The notes under the pieces are model-generated. The model was not told the DNA's origin, ran no database searches, and saw only the letters and a list, made by a program, of their open reading frames with translations. This document shows positions 1 through 14,366 of a DNA stretch of 64,000 bases, piece by piece. The stretch's first letter is position 1, and the number at the start of each line of letters is the position of its first letter. The stretch is taken from contig OZ242260.1 of assembly GCA_965207065.1 (NCBI GenBank), forward strand, positions 3,936,001 to 4,000,000, in the 5' to 3' direction. This DNA comes from a bacterium (lineage in GTDB: Bacteria > UBA8248). A program made the translations under genes and the position numbers.

Positions 1-405
1 GTCGTCCAGCCGGCCCACGAAGGGACTCACGAACGATGCGCCCGCCTTGGCGGCCAGCATGGCCTGGGCGGGGCTGAAGATGAGCGTGACGTTCGTGTTG
101 ATGTTCTCCTCGCGCATGGCCTTGACGGCGCGCAGACCCTCGACGCCCACCGGAACCTTCACCACCACGTTCTCATGAATCGCGGCCAGTTCGCGGCCTT
201 CCTCGACCATTTCCTTCCATTCGGTGGCGATGACCTCCGCGCTCACCGGTCCGTCGACCACCTCGCATATCTCCTTGATTCTCATATGGTGGTCGGCGCC
301 CTCTTTCGCGATGAGCGAGGGGTTCGTCGTCACGCCGTCCAGAATGCCCGTGGACGCCGCTTCGGTGATTTCCTCGAGGTTCGCCGTATCGATGAATATC
401 TTCAT
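1..405 (-). CDS. tal: Transaldolase / fructose-6-phosphate aldolase (partial, runs off window)
   Basis: Minus-strand translation reads [13 protein letters not shown]...GVTTNPSL...VVVKVP...[37 protein letters not shown] upstream. Not in the ORF track. Confidence 0.92.
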   Translation of the reverse strand, partial: MKIFIDTANLEEITEAASTGILDGVTTNPSLIAKEGADHHMRIKEICEVVDGPVSAEVIATEWKEMVEEGRELAAIHENVVVKVPVGVEGLRAVKAMREENINTNVTLIFSPAQAMLAAKAGASFVSPFVGRLDD

Positions 406-534
406 TCATATCTCCTGCCGGACGTGTTCAATCCACCCTGCGGAGCCGCGCCCCGCTACTTCGAACATGACGCCACAGCGCCCAAATGTCAACATGTCGG
501 GGGATGAGGACTTGCGGGAAAATGCGCCGAGGCG

Positions 535-790
535 CGCTCAACTCACCGGATTTGCGGGCAAATGCGTCGGCTAAAAAAATTTCCTGGGCCTTTATCTGAG
601 TGACCCGGACTCATATATTTCATAAAATCCTTGTTTTTCAACATCTTACAAGAGTTCTTCACGAGATGTATTTTCAGCAATTTATCGAATAACCCCGTGA
701 ATTTATCGATATTTATCGAATTGTCCGGAATTTCCGGGCAGGGCCTGTGGAATGGCCGAACCATGAGATCAATCGCGCCTGATGAGCGGG
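535..790. repeat. Dispersed AT-rich non-coding element, copy 1 (copy 2 near 48.3-48.5 kb)
   Basis: AATTTATCGAATAACCCCGTGAATTTATC (679-707) matches 48426-48454 at 28/29; shared flanking GCGGGCAAATGCG and CCATGAGA motifs. Confidence 0.65.
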
Positions 791-1099
791 CGTTTGCTTC
801 CCGCGCCTTCCCGAAGAAGAACCGCGCGCCCCTGATGCTGACTTCACGTTTCATGCTCTCCCCTCCTCGAATCGACGGGAACGCTCTCTTCTCCCGTGCA
901 AGCTTCTTCCGGTCCTCCCGCGTTCAGGAGCCGGCTCGCACCGCGAGCATACCGAAACCCGAAAAGTGCGCGACAGCCGCAAATGCGGGGAAATGCCGGT
1001 TCAGGGAGGAGCCTGGCCGGCCAGGAACGGACGAACCGGGCGCCCGCAACGAGGGGCGTTCCCATCCGGAAAGGAGGAGCTTCGCAAAGAACGGCGAAG

Positions 1100-1380
1100 C
1101 GACAGCTGCCGCTCTACGCCCATGCTTTTATGCCGGATGCGGATGATCTCCACGGCATTCGGTTGCATACGAAAACATCACGCGCGAGCCGGCCGCGACC
1201 TCGCGCCGCCCCGCCCGGACTCCCCGGCCGGCCATCGCCCCTTCGCACAGGGCCTCGCACGCAGCCCGGATATTCCGCGAATAAACCTCGGCTTGCGGCT
1301 CGAACCGATGCGTGACGGCATGCTCCCGGATGCTTTCCAGATCGGCCCGGGCCTGCCGGTTACAGCCTGTAGCCACCCAT
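1100..1380 (-). pseudogene. parE: Frameshifted ParE-family toxin
   Basis: Three segments separated by frameshifts: MGGYRL / RQARADLESI...QAEVY...GSRVMF / VEIIRIRHKSM. These match the ParE layout and lie directly downstream of parD. Confidence 0.75.
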
Positions 1381-1385
1381 CCCGT

Positions 1386-1628
1386 TCAGGAGGATTTCTT
1401 GTGTGCGATGAGCGCGTCGGAATCAGACGGCTTCGCCCGGCCGGAACCCTCTCCTTCGATGAACCCCTCGCGCAGGGCTTCTACCCTGACTTCGTGCTCT
1501 TCGAGCAGGCGCAGTCCGGCCCGCACCACGTCGCTGGCCGAATTGTATCGTCCCGATGCAACCTGCTCCTCGATGAAACCCGTAAAATGCTCTCCAAGCG
1601 AAACCGACGTATTGCGTGGCATGTGCAT
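1386..1628 (-). CDS. parD: ParD-family (CC2985-like) RHH antitoxin
   Basis: NTSVSLGEHFTGFIEEQVASGRYNSASDVVRAGLRLLE signature. Confidence 0.92.
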   Translation of the reverse strand: MHMPRNTSVSLGEHFTGFIEEQVASGRYNSASDVVRAGLRLLEEHEVRVEALREGFIEGEGSGRAKPSDSDALIAHKKSS

Positions 1629-1828
1629 TCCTCCTTAATACTTATATTACCATATATCGGTATATATGCAACTGGCGCGATCACGATATCGCTCGCTTGT
1701 ATACGCCGGATAGGCGGCTGTTGAGATCACTGTCAAGTGGGTTGACAGGGTTTCGCAGCCGGAAAGGCGCAGGGGCCTGTCCCTACGGTAAGCGGCGGTT
1801 CTCCCGCAACCTCCCAGGCCCGAAAACC

Positions 1829-1956
1829 ACCCCCCCCTACCCCCCCTGACAGGGGGGTAAAGGCGTTCGCTGCCCCGGCGAGGGGTGAAAGAAAAGCCCC
1901 CCTGACAAGGGGGGTTGGGGGGTTGCTCCTTTGGCAAAGGCTTTTTCAACAGCCCC
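1829..1956. repeat. CCCCCCTACCCCCCTGACAGGGGGG palindromic repeats plus a CTTTTTCAACAGCCCC end
   Basis: 1897-1956 is an inverted near-copy of 10643-10703; the same family occurs at ~30655 and ~48640. Confidence 0.8.
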
Positions 1957-1959
1957 AAG

Positions 1960-2400
1960 GAGGGAACGATTGCGGAAGGCAGATCAAATGATATGGACGC
2001 CGCCCCGGTTTGAGATCACAATTTGTGATCTCAAGTCGTCGAATTCGGGTTTCGTGAGCTGAAACATGAAATGCGCCAGATGATATTGCTCGTCATTCCG
2101 GAGAAAGCCGGAATCCAGAACCAAGGAGAATGACTATCTTTGGGTATTTCATTCCCCCATTGATTAGGGGCGCAGGCAGGAAAAAGCAAAAGACGAAAAT
2201 ACAAATTCCCTGGATTCCGGCATTCGCCGGAATAACGGCTGTCAGCGTTCTATATTGAAAGAGCAAGTAAGATTTTGTAGCCCTGTGCCTGCCCGAACGC
2301 CCCTTTGCCTTGGTGGCTGGGTCTGTGATGGCGTCCTCGGCCAGTTGTGAGAGATGACGGCGAAGCGATTCCGGCGCATCGAAGGTTTGGAACCGCCCTG
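1960..2400. repeat. Segmental duplication copy A (ORF6N fragment, CGTC-REP doublet, parD-like fragment)
   Basis: Collinear with 3165-3625, e.g. CTCAAGTCGTCGAATTCGGGTTTCGT..AAACATGAAATGCGCCAGATGATATTGCTCGTCATTCCGG and GAAGCGATTCCGGCGCATC. Confidence 0.85.
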
Positions 2401-2488
2401 CAAGAGAAACGCGCCGCAGGGGCCGGGGACGGGGAGTTCGAGTGCGCCTGCCAGTCGTTCGTGAAGGGCCCTTTGCCCCAACGCTATC

Positions 2489-2794
2489 CTACGCCGCCGT
2501 TTGCCGGGGCTTCACCCGTTTGGATATCTCGCGGCCTTGGGCGATCTCGGCCCGGCGAAGCTCCCAGGTCTTCTGCAGGTTCATCCAGAGCTCTGGCGTG
2601 GTTCCGAAATAACGCGCCAGGCGCAGCGCCGAGTCCGCGCTCACGCCCCGCTGGCCGTTCAGTATCGTCGTGATCCGGTTCACCGGCACGCCGAGCGCCT
2701 TCGAGAGCGCATTGGCCGAGAGACCCAGCGCGTCCAGTTCCTCGCGCAGTATCTCGCCCGGATGCACCGGTCTCATGGCGTTTTTCACGTTCAT
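2489..2794 (-). CDS. higA: HigA-family antitoxin
   Basis: MRPVHPGEILREEL...ALRLARYFGTTPELWMNLQ. Confidence 0.95.
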   Translation of the reverse strand: MNVKNAMRPVHPGEILREELDALGLSANALSKALGVPVNRITTILNGQRGVSADSALRLARYFGTTPELWMNLQKTWELRRAEIAQGREISKRVKPRQTAA

Positions 2795-2806
2795 ACGACC
2801 ATCCTT

Positions 2807-3085
2807 TCAATGGTAGTCCACAATTTCCACGTCATAGGGGCCGTCGTCTTCCCAGTAAAAACAGATGCGCCATTGCGCGTTGATCCGAATGCTGTACTGA
2901 CCGGCCCGATCGCCCCGTAACGCTTCGAGTCGGTTGCTTCGCAGAGCCGCCAAGTCCTGGAGCATCTCCGCGTTGTCCAACAAAGTCAGACGACGCACCG
3001 CCTGTTCAGCGAACCCTTGAAACGCCGCAACGCGATGCCCTTCGAAGAATCGTCTCATATCCCGGTTCCTGAAACTTCGGATCAT
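2807..3085 (-). CDS. higB: HigB/RelE-family toxin
   Basis: MIRSF...NRLEALRGDRAGQYSIRINAQWRICF...VEIVDYH; toxin-first gene order. Confidence 0.95.
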   Translation of the reverse strand: MIRSFRNRDMRRFFEGHRVAAFQGFAEQAVRRLTLLDNAEMLQDLAALRSNRLEALRGDRAGQYSIRINAQWRICFYWEDDGPYDVEIVDYH

Positions 3086-3164
3086 GCGATGAAACTATAT
3101 CGGGTTTTACGCGATGCGTAAATAGGCATTCTTGCAATCGATCTTGTCAATTGCGAACAAGGAG

Positions 3165-3625
3165 GAAACGATTGCGGAATCCGGAGCAGAAGAAGTTGAT
3201 ACCGCCTGCCGCCCCAACTTGAGGTCACAAATTGTGACCTCAAGTCGTCGAATTCGGGTTTCGTAAGCCGAAACATGAAATGCGCCAGATGATATTGCTC
3301 GTCATTCCGGCGAAAGCCGGAATCCAGAACCGATTGGAGTAAATATCCCGGAAATTACATTCTCACATTAACAAGGGGTCGGCGGGAAAAAGCAAAAAGA
3401 CGAATATACAAATTCCCTGGATTCCGGCTTTATCCGGAATGACGTTCGTCTGCTACCGATTCTGATCAGGTAGGCGGAATTTCGTAGGGGCAGGCCCCCG
3501 TGCCTGCCCACATTTCGTGATCGTCCTTACATCTCGGCGGCGGGGTCAGATACGGCATTCTCGGCCAGTTGCGATAGATGCCCACGAAGCGATTCCGGCG
3601 CATCAATGGTTTGGAACCGCCCCGC
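3165..3625. repeat. Segmental duplication copy B
   Basis: Collinear with 1960-2400. Confidence 0.85.
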
Positions 3626-3718
3626 CTCGATGTCGGCGATCCCGACGTCGGCTGCCTCGCGCAGGGCTTGCAGCCGAGCCTCGTCCTCCGCCGTCAGGTC
3701 GACTTTGAGCTTTAGCAT
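3527..3718 (-). pseudogene. C-terminal half of a ParD-like antitoxin
   Basis: EDEARLQALREAADVGIADIEAGRF resembles the ParD C-terminus; the RHH N-terminus is absent. Confidence 0.65.
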
Positions 3719-3801
3719 GAGAGGCTCCTTTTGCGGATTGGGCGCAATCAGGTAATGCGAATCGCCTCCGGGGAACAAGCACGATTTTCCCGCAAGCCGT
3801 T

Positions 3802-4212
3802 TCATTTTCGTTCGCCGCCCTCGGGCGAAAACCCGATTCTACGCTTTTCCCCAGGATCCGGCGGGGCCATCAGTTCCCGGATGGCGTCGAAGACCACCTT
3901 GAACTGCTCGTCGTATTTCTTCTCCAGTTCGGAGAGCTTGCGCGCGAGATCGGCATGGCTTGCAGGCATCCGGCGCAACTCCACGAAGGCGCGCATGATC
4001 TCGATATTGACCCGAATCGCCCGTTCGCTGCGCAGTACGCTTGAGAGCATGGCGACGCCCTGCTCGGTGAACGCATAAGGGGGATACCGCCTGCCACCCC
4101 AACTTGAGGTCACAAATTGTGACCTCAAGTCGTCGAATTCCCGTTTCGTAAGCTGAAACATGAAGTCCGCCGGGAAGCGTTCGATGTTCCTCCTGACGGC
4201 CTGTACGAGGAC
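3802..4212 (-). pseudogene. ORF6N/KilA-N-like DNA-binding protein, 5'-truncated
   Basis: [21 protein letters not shown]...LRSQFVTS...[18 protein letters not shown]...RRIGF; the usual N-terminal residues are missing and the upstream ORF extension is repeat-derived. Confidence 0.8.
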
Positions 4213-4298
4213 TGTATCGGAGTCACAATCCTTCCCGCACTGGTCGGGATAGGCCCCTTGAGGTCGGGCTTCCCCGAAGAGAAGAAGGAGGCTCCAAA

Positions 4299-4449
4299 CC
4301 ACTCCCCCCTTGAGGGGGAGTCGAAGAGGCCGAGCGATTTGTGCGAAGGCCGATTCGGTGGGGGGACATGCCACGGATAAAAGCTCCCCCCACCAACGCG
4401 GCTGCGGACATTGTCCTTGCCGCGTTGACTCCCCCTCAAGGGGAGAGTG
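4299..4449. repeat. ACTCCCCCCTTGAGGGGGAGT-bounded MITE-like palindromic element
   Basis: Terminal hairpins in inverted orientation with an internal GGTGGGGGG/CCCCCCACC pair; relatives at 49289 and 58021. Confidence 0.8.
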
Positions 4450-4656
4450 TTTAGGTGGCACTCTGCAAGGGTGGAATGAAGTCATCACTCTTCTAGGCCA
4501 GCTACATACGACGGAGCACGAAAGCAGGGCTTTTTCAACAACACCGAATAGGAGCAGTTCGAATGTGGCCCCGCCTTGGCATGGCCGACCCTGTTGTCAT
4601 TCCTAATACTGCGTACTTTTGAATTAGAATTCCTATGCAGGAAGGTGGTTTTTGCT

Positions 4657-4684
4657 CGTCATTCCGGCTTTCGCCGGAATGACG
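4657..4684. repeat. CGTC-tagged palindrome CGTCATTCCGGCTTTCGCCGGAATGACG
   Basis: Identical copy at 38827; variants at 2091, 2210, 3300, 3417 and 5945. Confidence 0.85.
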
Positions 4685-4917
4685 GCTCTAAGCAATCAGT
4701 TCTGAATGAAAATGAGGAATTGTGTAGCGGACAGGCCTCAGCGTCTGTCCGAGGCCTCCGTGCCTGCCCGCCATCGGAAAACGGCCCTGATTATGTTTTC
4801 AGCGGGCGATTCTCGAATAGTGGGGCAGTCCTGAGGAAGGGCGGCCCCTTTGGACTATCGCCTTCGTTGAGAGCCTCGCACAGTACTTCTGCGCTGGCTT
4901 TGTGTTCTCCACTTAAA

Positions 4918-5880
4918 CTAAAGCCTGAGTGGTATTCCTGTGACCCAAACACGGTCTGCAGGATCTTCCACTCCAGCATCGGCAAGCAAGGTTACGAACG
5001 CCTCCCGAATTGCAGCAGGATATTCTGTTGGTCCAATTATAATTCGATCCAAAATCTCTGGAATCTCCATCCCAATTAGACCCTCTTCAGGAATGTTTTG
5101 AAGAGGAATTTTATATACGGGTTGTGGTGTCCCTCGGAGCACCTCAATTTCTTTTTTCATTCGAACCGGCTCTTCTATTGTGGGAGTGTATATGAGTCGC
5201 CATTCATTTTCTTCAAGAAATCCTGGATGTTTAGTGCACAATACGGCAAACTTAAAAGTATTGAACAAATGAAAAATCACCATTTCCCGACCAAGTGAGC
5301 GGAGAAAATCTATGTTTTCTTCAATCTTGTTGACCACTCTCTCGAACTCCATTCGGAAATTTACATCGTTCAAATATGCTACGGGACTGGAATAAACTTG
5401 CATTGGTGCAAAACCGTCTAAAAATGGCCCATTGTTAAAGACGAGTGCAACACCCGTCGATTCACTATATGCCCTCCACATAGATAAGCGTCCATTCATG
5501 TCCTCTGTATTGGGATGTTCGGAAAAGCACGTGATATATGCATTAGTCTGGAGAACAGGATCCCAGGTACGGAACAGATTTTCGATTTGATCGGTAATCC
5601 CCACGAAAATACTGTTCAGAGTCGCTTGTAGTTTCTGGCCGATATCTCCACGATATGCCTCATAAAAACAATCCAGCCCTTGCTTTATTTCCATGAAGTC
5701 GTTCATGCAGGAAGTTTTTCGCATCCAGAATGTCTTGGTATTTATTATTTCCATCGCAACGCTTGCACTAGTATAGTGAACTAAGCGCGTTTTGTTTTCT
5801 TGCAGTTCATTCATCTTGTCCATCGCGTATGGATGAAAGATATTCAGTAGTTTGTCGTGCTCAAAATCAATATCGGTCAT
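4918..5880 (-). CDS. DUF2971-domain protein
   Basis: HYTS, MNDFMEI, YITCFSE..LSMWRAYS and KHPGFLEENEWR motifs; visibly lower GC than the backbone. Confidence 0.8.
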   Translation of the reverse strand: MTDIDFEHDKLLNIFHPYAMDKMNELQENKTRLVHYTSASVAMEIINTKTFWMRKTSCMNDFMEIKQGLDCFYEAYRGDIGQKLQATLNSIFVGITDQIENLFRTWDPVLQTNAYITCFSEHPNTEDMNGRLSMWRAYSESTGVALVFNNGPFLDGFAPMQVYSSPVAYLNDVNFRMEFERVVNKIEENIDFLRSLGREMVIFHLFNTFKFAVLCTKHPGFLEENEWRLIYTPTIEEPVRMKKEIEVLRGTPQPVYKIPLQNIPEEGLIGMEIPEILDRIIIGPTEYPAAIREAFVTLLADAGVEDPADRVWVTGIPLRL

Positions 5881-6127
5881 ATATGCGCCTTTTTTATTTC
5901 TATATATGAATTGGAAGGCGTTTTTGATTTTCATTTCAGAAGAACGTCACTCCGGCGCATGCCGGAATCCAGGCAGATAAGAATCGTATCTGCTTTGGAT
6001 CCCAGATCAAACCATTCCGGAATGACGAACAAAAACAATATCGGGCGGACACGGTGGTCCGCCCCTACAAAACCTTCTCGCCTGCCAAATGGGTTAGTCT
6101 CGCAAACCCTCCTTCACCAGTCGGAAT

Positions 6128-6862
6128 TCACCCCCCCAACCGCTTGAACGCCTCCGTCCCTCTGAACGAGGAATCGGGCTTGACGCCCTCTACGGGGGTT
6201 TTGCCTTGGGAATCTTTTGCGGCGGGGTCGGCGCCGGCGTCGAGGAGGGCTTCGATCACCGCGAGGATGACGCCGTCTTTCGCCGCCGCGTAGTGGAGCG
6301 GCGTCCGCACACGGTTGTCCCGCACGTCGGGGTTGGCGCCCGCCGCGAGCAGGGCCTTCACGATGGCGGGGGCCGAAGTGCGCATCCCCGCCCAGTGCAG
6401 GGGCGCCAGGCCCTTCCTGTCCGGCGTGTTCACCCGGGCGCCCGCACGCACGAGGATCTCCACGATGTCCGAGGCTTCGCCGAACGCAGCCGCCGCGTGC
6501 AGGGGCGTCCACCCGTATATGCCCTCCGCGTTCAGGTCGGCCCCGACGTCCAGCAGAGTCGTCACGACCTCGGGAGCCGCGTTGAACGCCACCGCCGCGT
6601 GCAGGGGCGTCGCGCCTCTTTCATCCGGCGCGTCCGCGTCGGCCCCCGCCCGTAACAGGACGGTCAACACCGCCGGGTTCTCGGCGTAGCACGCCGCCCA
6701 GTGCAGGGGCGTCCATCCCTTATTGTCCTGCACGTCCACATCGGCCCCGGCCTCGAGCAGGCTTCTCACGGCTTCCAGGGCGTCGTTGCCCATCACCGCA
6801 TGGTGTAAGGCCGTGGCTCCGTCTTTATCGCGAGCGTTCGGGTCGGTAGGTCCCGCAGACAT
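6128..6862 (-). CDS. Ankyrin-repeat protein
   Basis: About six G.TPLH.AA...LL.AGAD.N repeats. Confidence 0.95.
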   Translation of the reverse strand: MSAGPTDPNARDKDGATALHHAVMGNDALEAVRSLLEAGADVDVQDNKGWTPLHWAACYAENPAVLTVLLRAGADADAPDERGATPLHAAVAFNAAPEVVTTLLDVGADLNAEGIYGWTPLHAAAAFGEASDIVEILVRAGARVNTPDRKGLAPLHWAGMRTSAPAIVKALLAAGANPDVRDNRVRTPLHYAAAKDGVILAVIEALLDAGADPAAKDSQGKTPVEGVKPDSSFRGTEAFKRLGG

Positions 6863-6891
6863 CGCGTTTCTCCTGTCCTTGCCTCATCCGT

Positions 6892-7173
6892 TCAGGCTTG
6901 CTCATCGCCCGTTTCGGGCGGACCGCCTCTCTCGGCGAATTTCTCCGCGCACGAGACGCTGCAGAAAGAATGCCTGCCGCCGCCCGCGCGCTTCGTAATC
7001 CCGATGCGAGACGGGAAGAACGTCTCGCATTCCGGGCAGTTGAGCATCTCATCGTCGAGGCCGTCTTCGGCCTCGCGATTCTTCTGGGCTGCACGCCCAA
7101 ACCCGCTAAAAAGACTACGGATAAGATAATATATCAGCCAGGACAAAACCAGATAAAAAATGAATCGAAACAT
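6892..7173 (-). CDS. Small membrane-anchored Zn-ribbon/TRASH protein (PP0621-like)
   Basis: N-terminal hydrophobic helix, CPEC and FCSVSC motifs. Confidence 0.75.
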   Translation of the reverse strand: MFRFIFYLVLSWLIYYLIRSLFSGFGRAAQKNREAEDGLDDEMLNCPECETFFPSRIGITKRAGGGRHSFCSVSCAEKFAERGGPPETGDEQA

Positions 7174-7246
7174 GAGCCGGGGCCTCACGAAAATCGAGTA
7201 GATCCAGAAACGCTACTCTACACCCTGAACCGCCGGATGGGAACGG

Positions 7247-10498
<3,252 letters not shown>

Positions 10499-10642
10499 GT
10501 ATCAGGCCACTCGCTCTAAAAAGGTGAATACAGGGAATTACATATTCGAGTTGACGACTTTTTCTTGGTGTTCAATTCATCATTCCCTCTCCAAAACCAC
10601 TCTCTGATGCTTGCGTTTTTCTCACTCCCCCCTTGAGGGGTC

Positions 10643-10896
10643 GGGGCTGTTGAAAAAGCCCTTACCAAAGGAGCAACCCCCCCTACCCCCCCTTGTCAGG
10701 GGGGCAAGAAAAAACAAAAGCCCCTCTACCGGTGGCGGACGTCGCCTTTTCATACCCCCCCTCGTCAGGGGGGCTTTTCTTCCAGCCCATCGTCGGGGGC
10801 GTCGCCTTTTCATACCCCCCTGACAAGGGGGGGTAGGGGGGGTTGCTTTTCAAGGCGAGAGGGTGCTGCCCTCTACCCCCTGTTTTCAACAACCCC
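10643..10896. mobile_element. MITE-like element with GGGGCTGTTGAAAA/TTTTCAACAACCCC ends, between carA and carB
   Basis: Imperfect terminal inverted repeats enclose CCCCCC..GGGGGG hairpins and two CGTCGCCTTTTCATACCCCCC direct repeats 60 bp apart. Confidence 0.65.
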
Positions 10897-10916
10897 TCCT
10901 CGCTCGCGTTTGCCAC

Positions 10917-12008
10917 CTACTCCCCCACGCAGAAGCTGAAGAACTCATCGAACAGCGCGCCCGCATCGTGCGGGCCGGGGCAGGCCTCGGGGTGGTACTG
11001 CACGCTGAATACTTTGGGCGATTCGGACTTGAGTCCCTCACAGGTCCGGTCGTTCAGGGATGAATGCGTGACAGCCACGCCAGCGGGCAGGCTCTCCGGA
11101 TCCACGGCGAACGAGTGGTTCTGCGAGGTGATGTCCACCTTTTTGGTGCTCAAATCCTGCACCGGGTGGTTCGCCCCGTGGTGGCCGAACTTGAGCTTGT
11201 ACGTCCGCCCGCCCAGGGCCTGCGCGAGTATCTGGTGGCCCAGGCAGATGCCAACGACGGGAACCCGGCCCATGATGTTTTTCACATTCTCGACGACGTA
11301 GCCGAGCGCCGCCGGGTCGCCCGGGCCGTTCGAGAGGAACACGGCGGCGGGCTTTCTCGCCAGCACGCTCTCGGCGGATTCGGATGCCGGCACGATTTCC
11401 AGATCGAACCTTTGGCCCAGCTCGCGGAATATGTTGTCCTTGGCCCCCAGGTCGTAGGCCACGCAGAGCGGACGGCCCGCGCGCTCGCCCCAGGTGTGCG
11501 CGGCCTCGCAGGTGACGCCTTGCACCATGTCGCGGCCGTCCAGCCCCGGACTCGCCTTCGCGCGCGCGATAAGATTTTCTTCATCCAGATCGGTGGAGGA
11601 GAGTATCGCCCGCAGCGCGCCCGCCTCCCGGATGTGGCGCGTGAGCGCGCGCGTGTCGACGCCCTCTATGCCGGGTATGCCCTGTTTCTTGAGATAGGTG
11701 CCCAGGTCCTCGTTCGCGCGGAAGTTGCTGTGGCGCCTGCAGACTTCCTTCACGATAAACGCCTCGACCCAGACGCGCCGGGATTCCTCATCGCCCGGGA
11801 TGACGCCGTAGTTCCCGATGTGGGGATAGGTCATCACCACCATCTGGCCGCGGTAGGAGGGGTCGGTGAGCACCTCCTGGTAGCCCGTCATCGCCGTGTT
11901 GAAGACGAGTTCGCCCTCCGCGTCCGCGTCCGCCCCGAAACTCGCGCCCCGGAAGACTCTGCCGTCCTCCAGGGCCAGGAGCGCCGGTTTGATTTTTCGT
12001 CCCTTCAT
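10917..12008 (-). CDS. carA: Carbamoyl-phosphate synthase small subunit
   Basis: FNTAMTGYQE, LSNGPGDP, GICLGHQ and QYHPEA. Confidence 0.99.
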   Translation of the reverse strand: MKGRKIKPALLALEDGRVFRGASFGADADAEGELVFNTAMTGYQEVLTDPSYRGQMVVMTYPHIGNYGVIPGDEESRRVWVEAFIVKEVCRRHSNFRANEDLGTYLKKQGIPGIEGVDTRALTRHIREAGALRAILSSTDLDEENLIARAKASPGLDGRDMVQGVTCEAAHTWGERAGRPLCVAYDLGAKDNIFRELGQRFDLEIVPASESAESVLARKPAAVFLSNGPGDPAALGYVVENVKNIMGRVPVVGICLGHQILAQALGGRTYKLKFGHHGANHPVQDLSTKKVDITSQNHSFAVDPESLPAGVAVTHSSLNDRTCEGLKSESPKVFSVQYHPEACPGPHDAGALFDEFFSFCVGE

Positions 12009-13310
12009 GGGGTGAGCGCCTCCTGTGCCGAGATTTTCATTTCACCCTCTAACCTGCTCATCCGCACGTCCCCTCCGACGACGGTGGCGACGGCGCAGCC
12101 CTTGAGCTTCCAGCCCGCGAAGGGCGTGTTCCTGCCGTTGCTCTCGAAGGCGTCGGGGTCGACGGTGATCTCGCGCTCCGGGTCGAGAATCGTCACGTCC
12201 CCGGGAGCGCCCTCTTTCAGCGTGCCGTAAGGCAGGCCCAGCACCTCGCACGGCCCCGCCGTGAACTTCGCGATCATCTCGGGCAACGTGAGCACGCCCC
12301 CGCCCACGAGCCTGTCCAGCGCGAGGGATACGGCCGTCTCGAGCCCCACGATCCCGAACGGCACGGCGTCGAACTCCCTCTGGGTCTCGGCCTCGTAGTG
12401 CGGCGCGTGGTCAGAGGCGATGGCCGAAATCGTGCCGTCTCTTAAGCCTTCGAGCAGCGCCAGCCTGTTCGCCTCGTCGCGCAGCGGCGGCGCCATCTTG
12501 GCGGAGGAGTCGAAGCCGTGAATCACCTCGTCCGTAAGCGCGAAATGGTGCGGCGTCACCTCCGCCGTCACGCGGACCCCGCGCGCCCGCGCCTCCCGGA
12601 CCAGGTCCACCGCGCCCGCGGAGGAGACGTGCAGGATGTGGAGCCTGGCCCCCGTCAGTTCCGCCAGGCGGATGTCGCGGTAGACGCAGATGTCCTCGCT
12701 CGCCGCCGGGTTCCCCGACAGGCCGAGCAGGGTGGATACCGCGCCCTCGTTCATCACCTTGGCGCCCGAGAGCGTCATATCCTCCGCGTGGTCGAGAACG
12801 CTCACCCCCAGCATGCCGGCGTATTCGAGGGCTGCGCGCATCAGGGCGGCCGTCTTCACGGGCACGCCATCGTCGCTGAAGGCCACGGCGCCCGCCTCTA
12901 TCTGCTCGGCCATCTCGCTCAACTCCTCGCCCTTGAGACCCACCGAAACCGAACCGATGGGGAACACGCGGCAGGCGCCCACCTCCCGCGCGCGCTTGAG
13001 TATCCGCTCGGTGATGGAACTCGTATCGTTCACCGGGTCGGTGTTCGCCATGCAGGCCACGCCGGTGAAGCCGCCTGCGGCGGCGGCGCGGGTTCCGCTT
13101 TCGATGTCTTCCTTGTATTCCTGCCCCGGCTCGCGGAAGTGGACGTGCATGTCGATGAACCCGGGCGCGACGACGAGCCCCGCCGCGTCGATGATCTCAT
13201 CCCCGCCGCGCGGCAGGATGTTCTTCTTTCTGTGCGCGACCTTCCCCTCCTCAATCAGGATGTCGCATTTCTCATCGACGCCGTCTGCGGGGTCGATGAG
13301 GCGGCCTCCC

Positions 13311-13327
<17 letters not shown>
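12005..13327 (-). CDS. pyrC: Dihydroorotase
   Basis: DMHVHFREPG and ASDHAPH; operon context. Confidence 0.97.
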
Positions 13328-14327
<1,000 letters not shown>

Positions 14328-14366
14328 AATCTTTCCCCCCTGTAACGCCCCGGCCTGCGGGCTCGT

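Noticed and set aside
4213-4488. N-terminal extension of the ORF6N ORF
   Set aside because: Largely translation of a palindromic repeat element.
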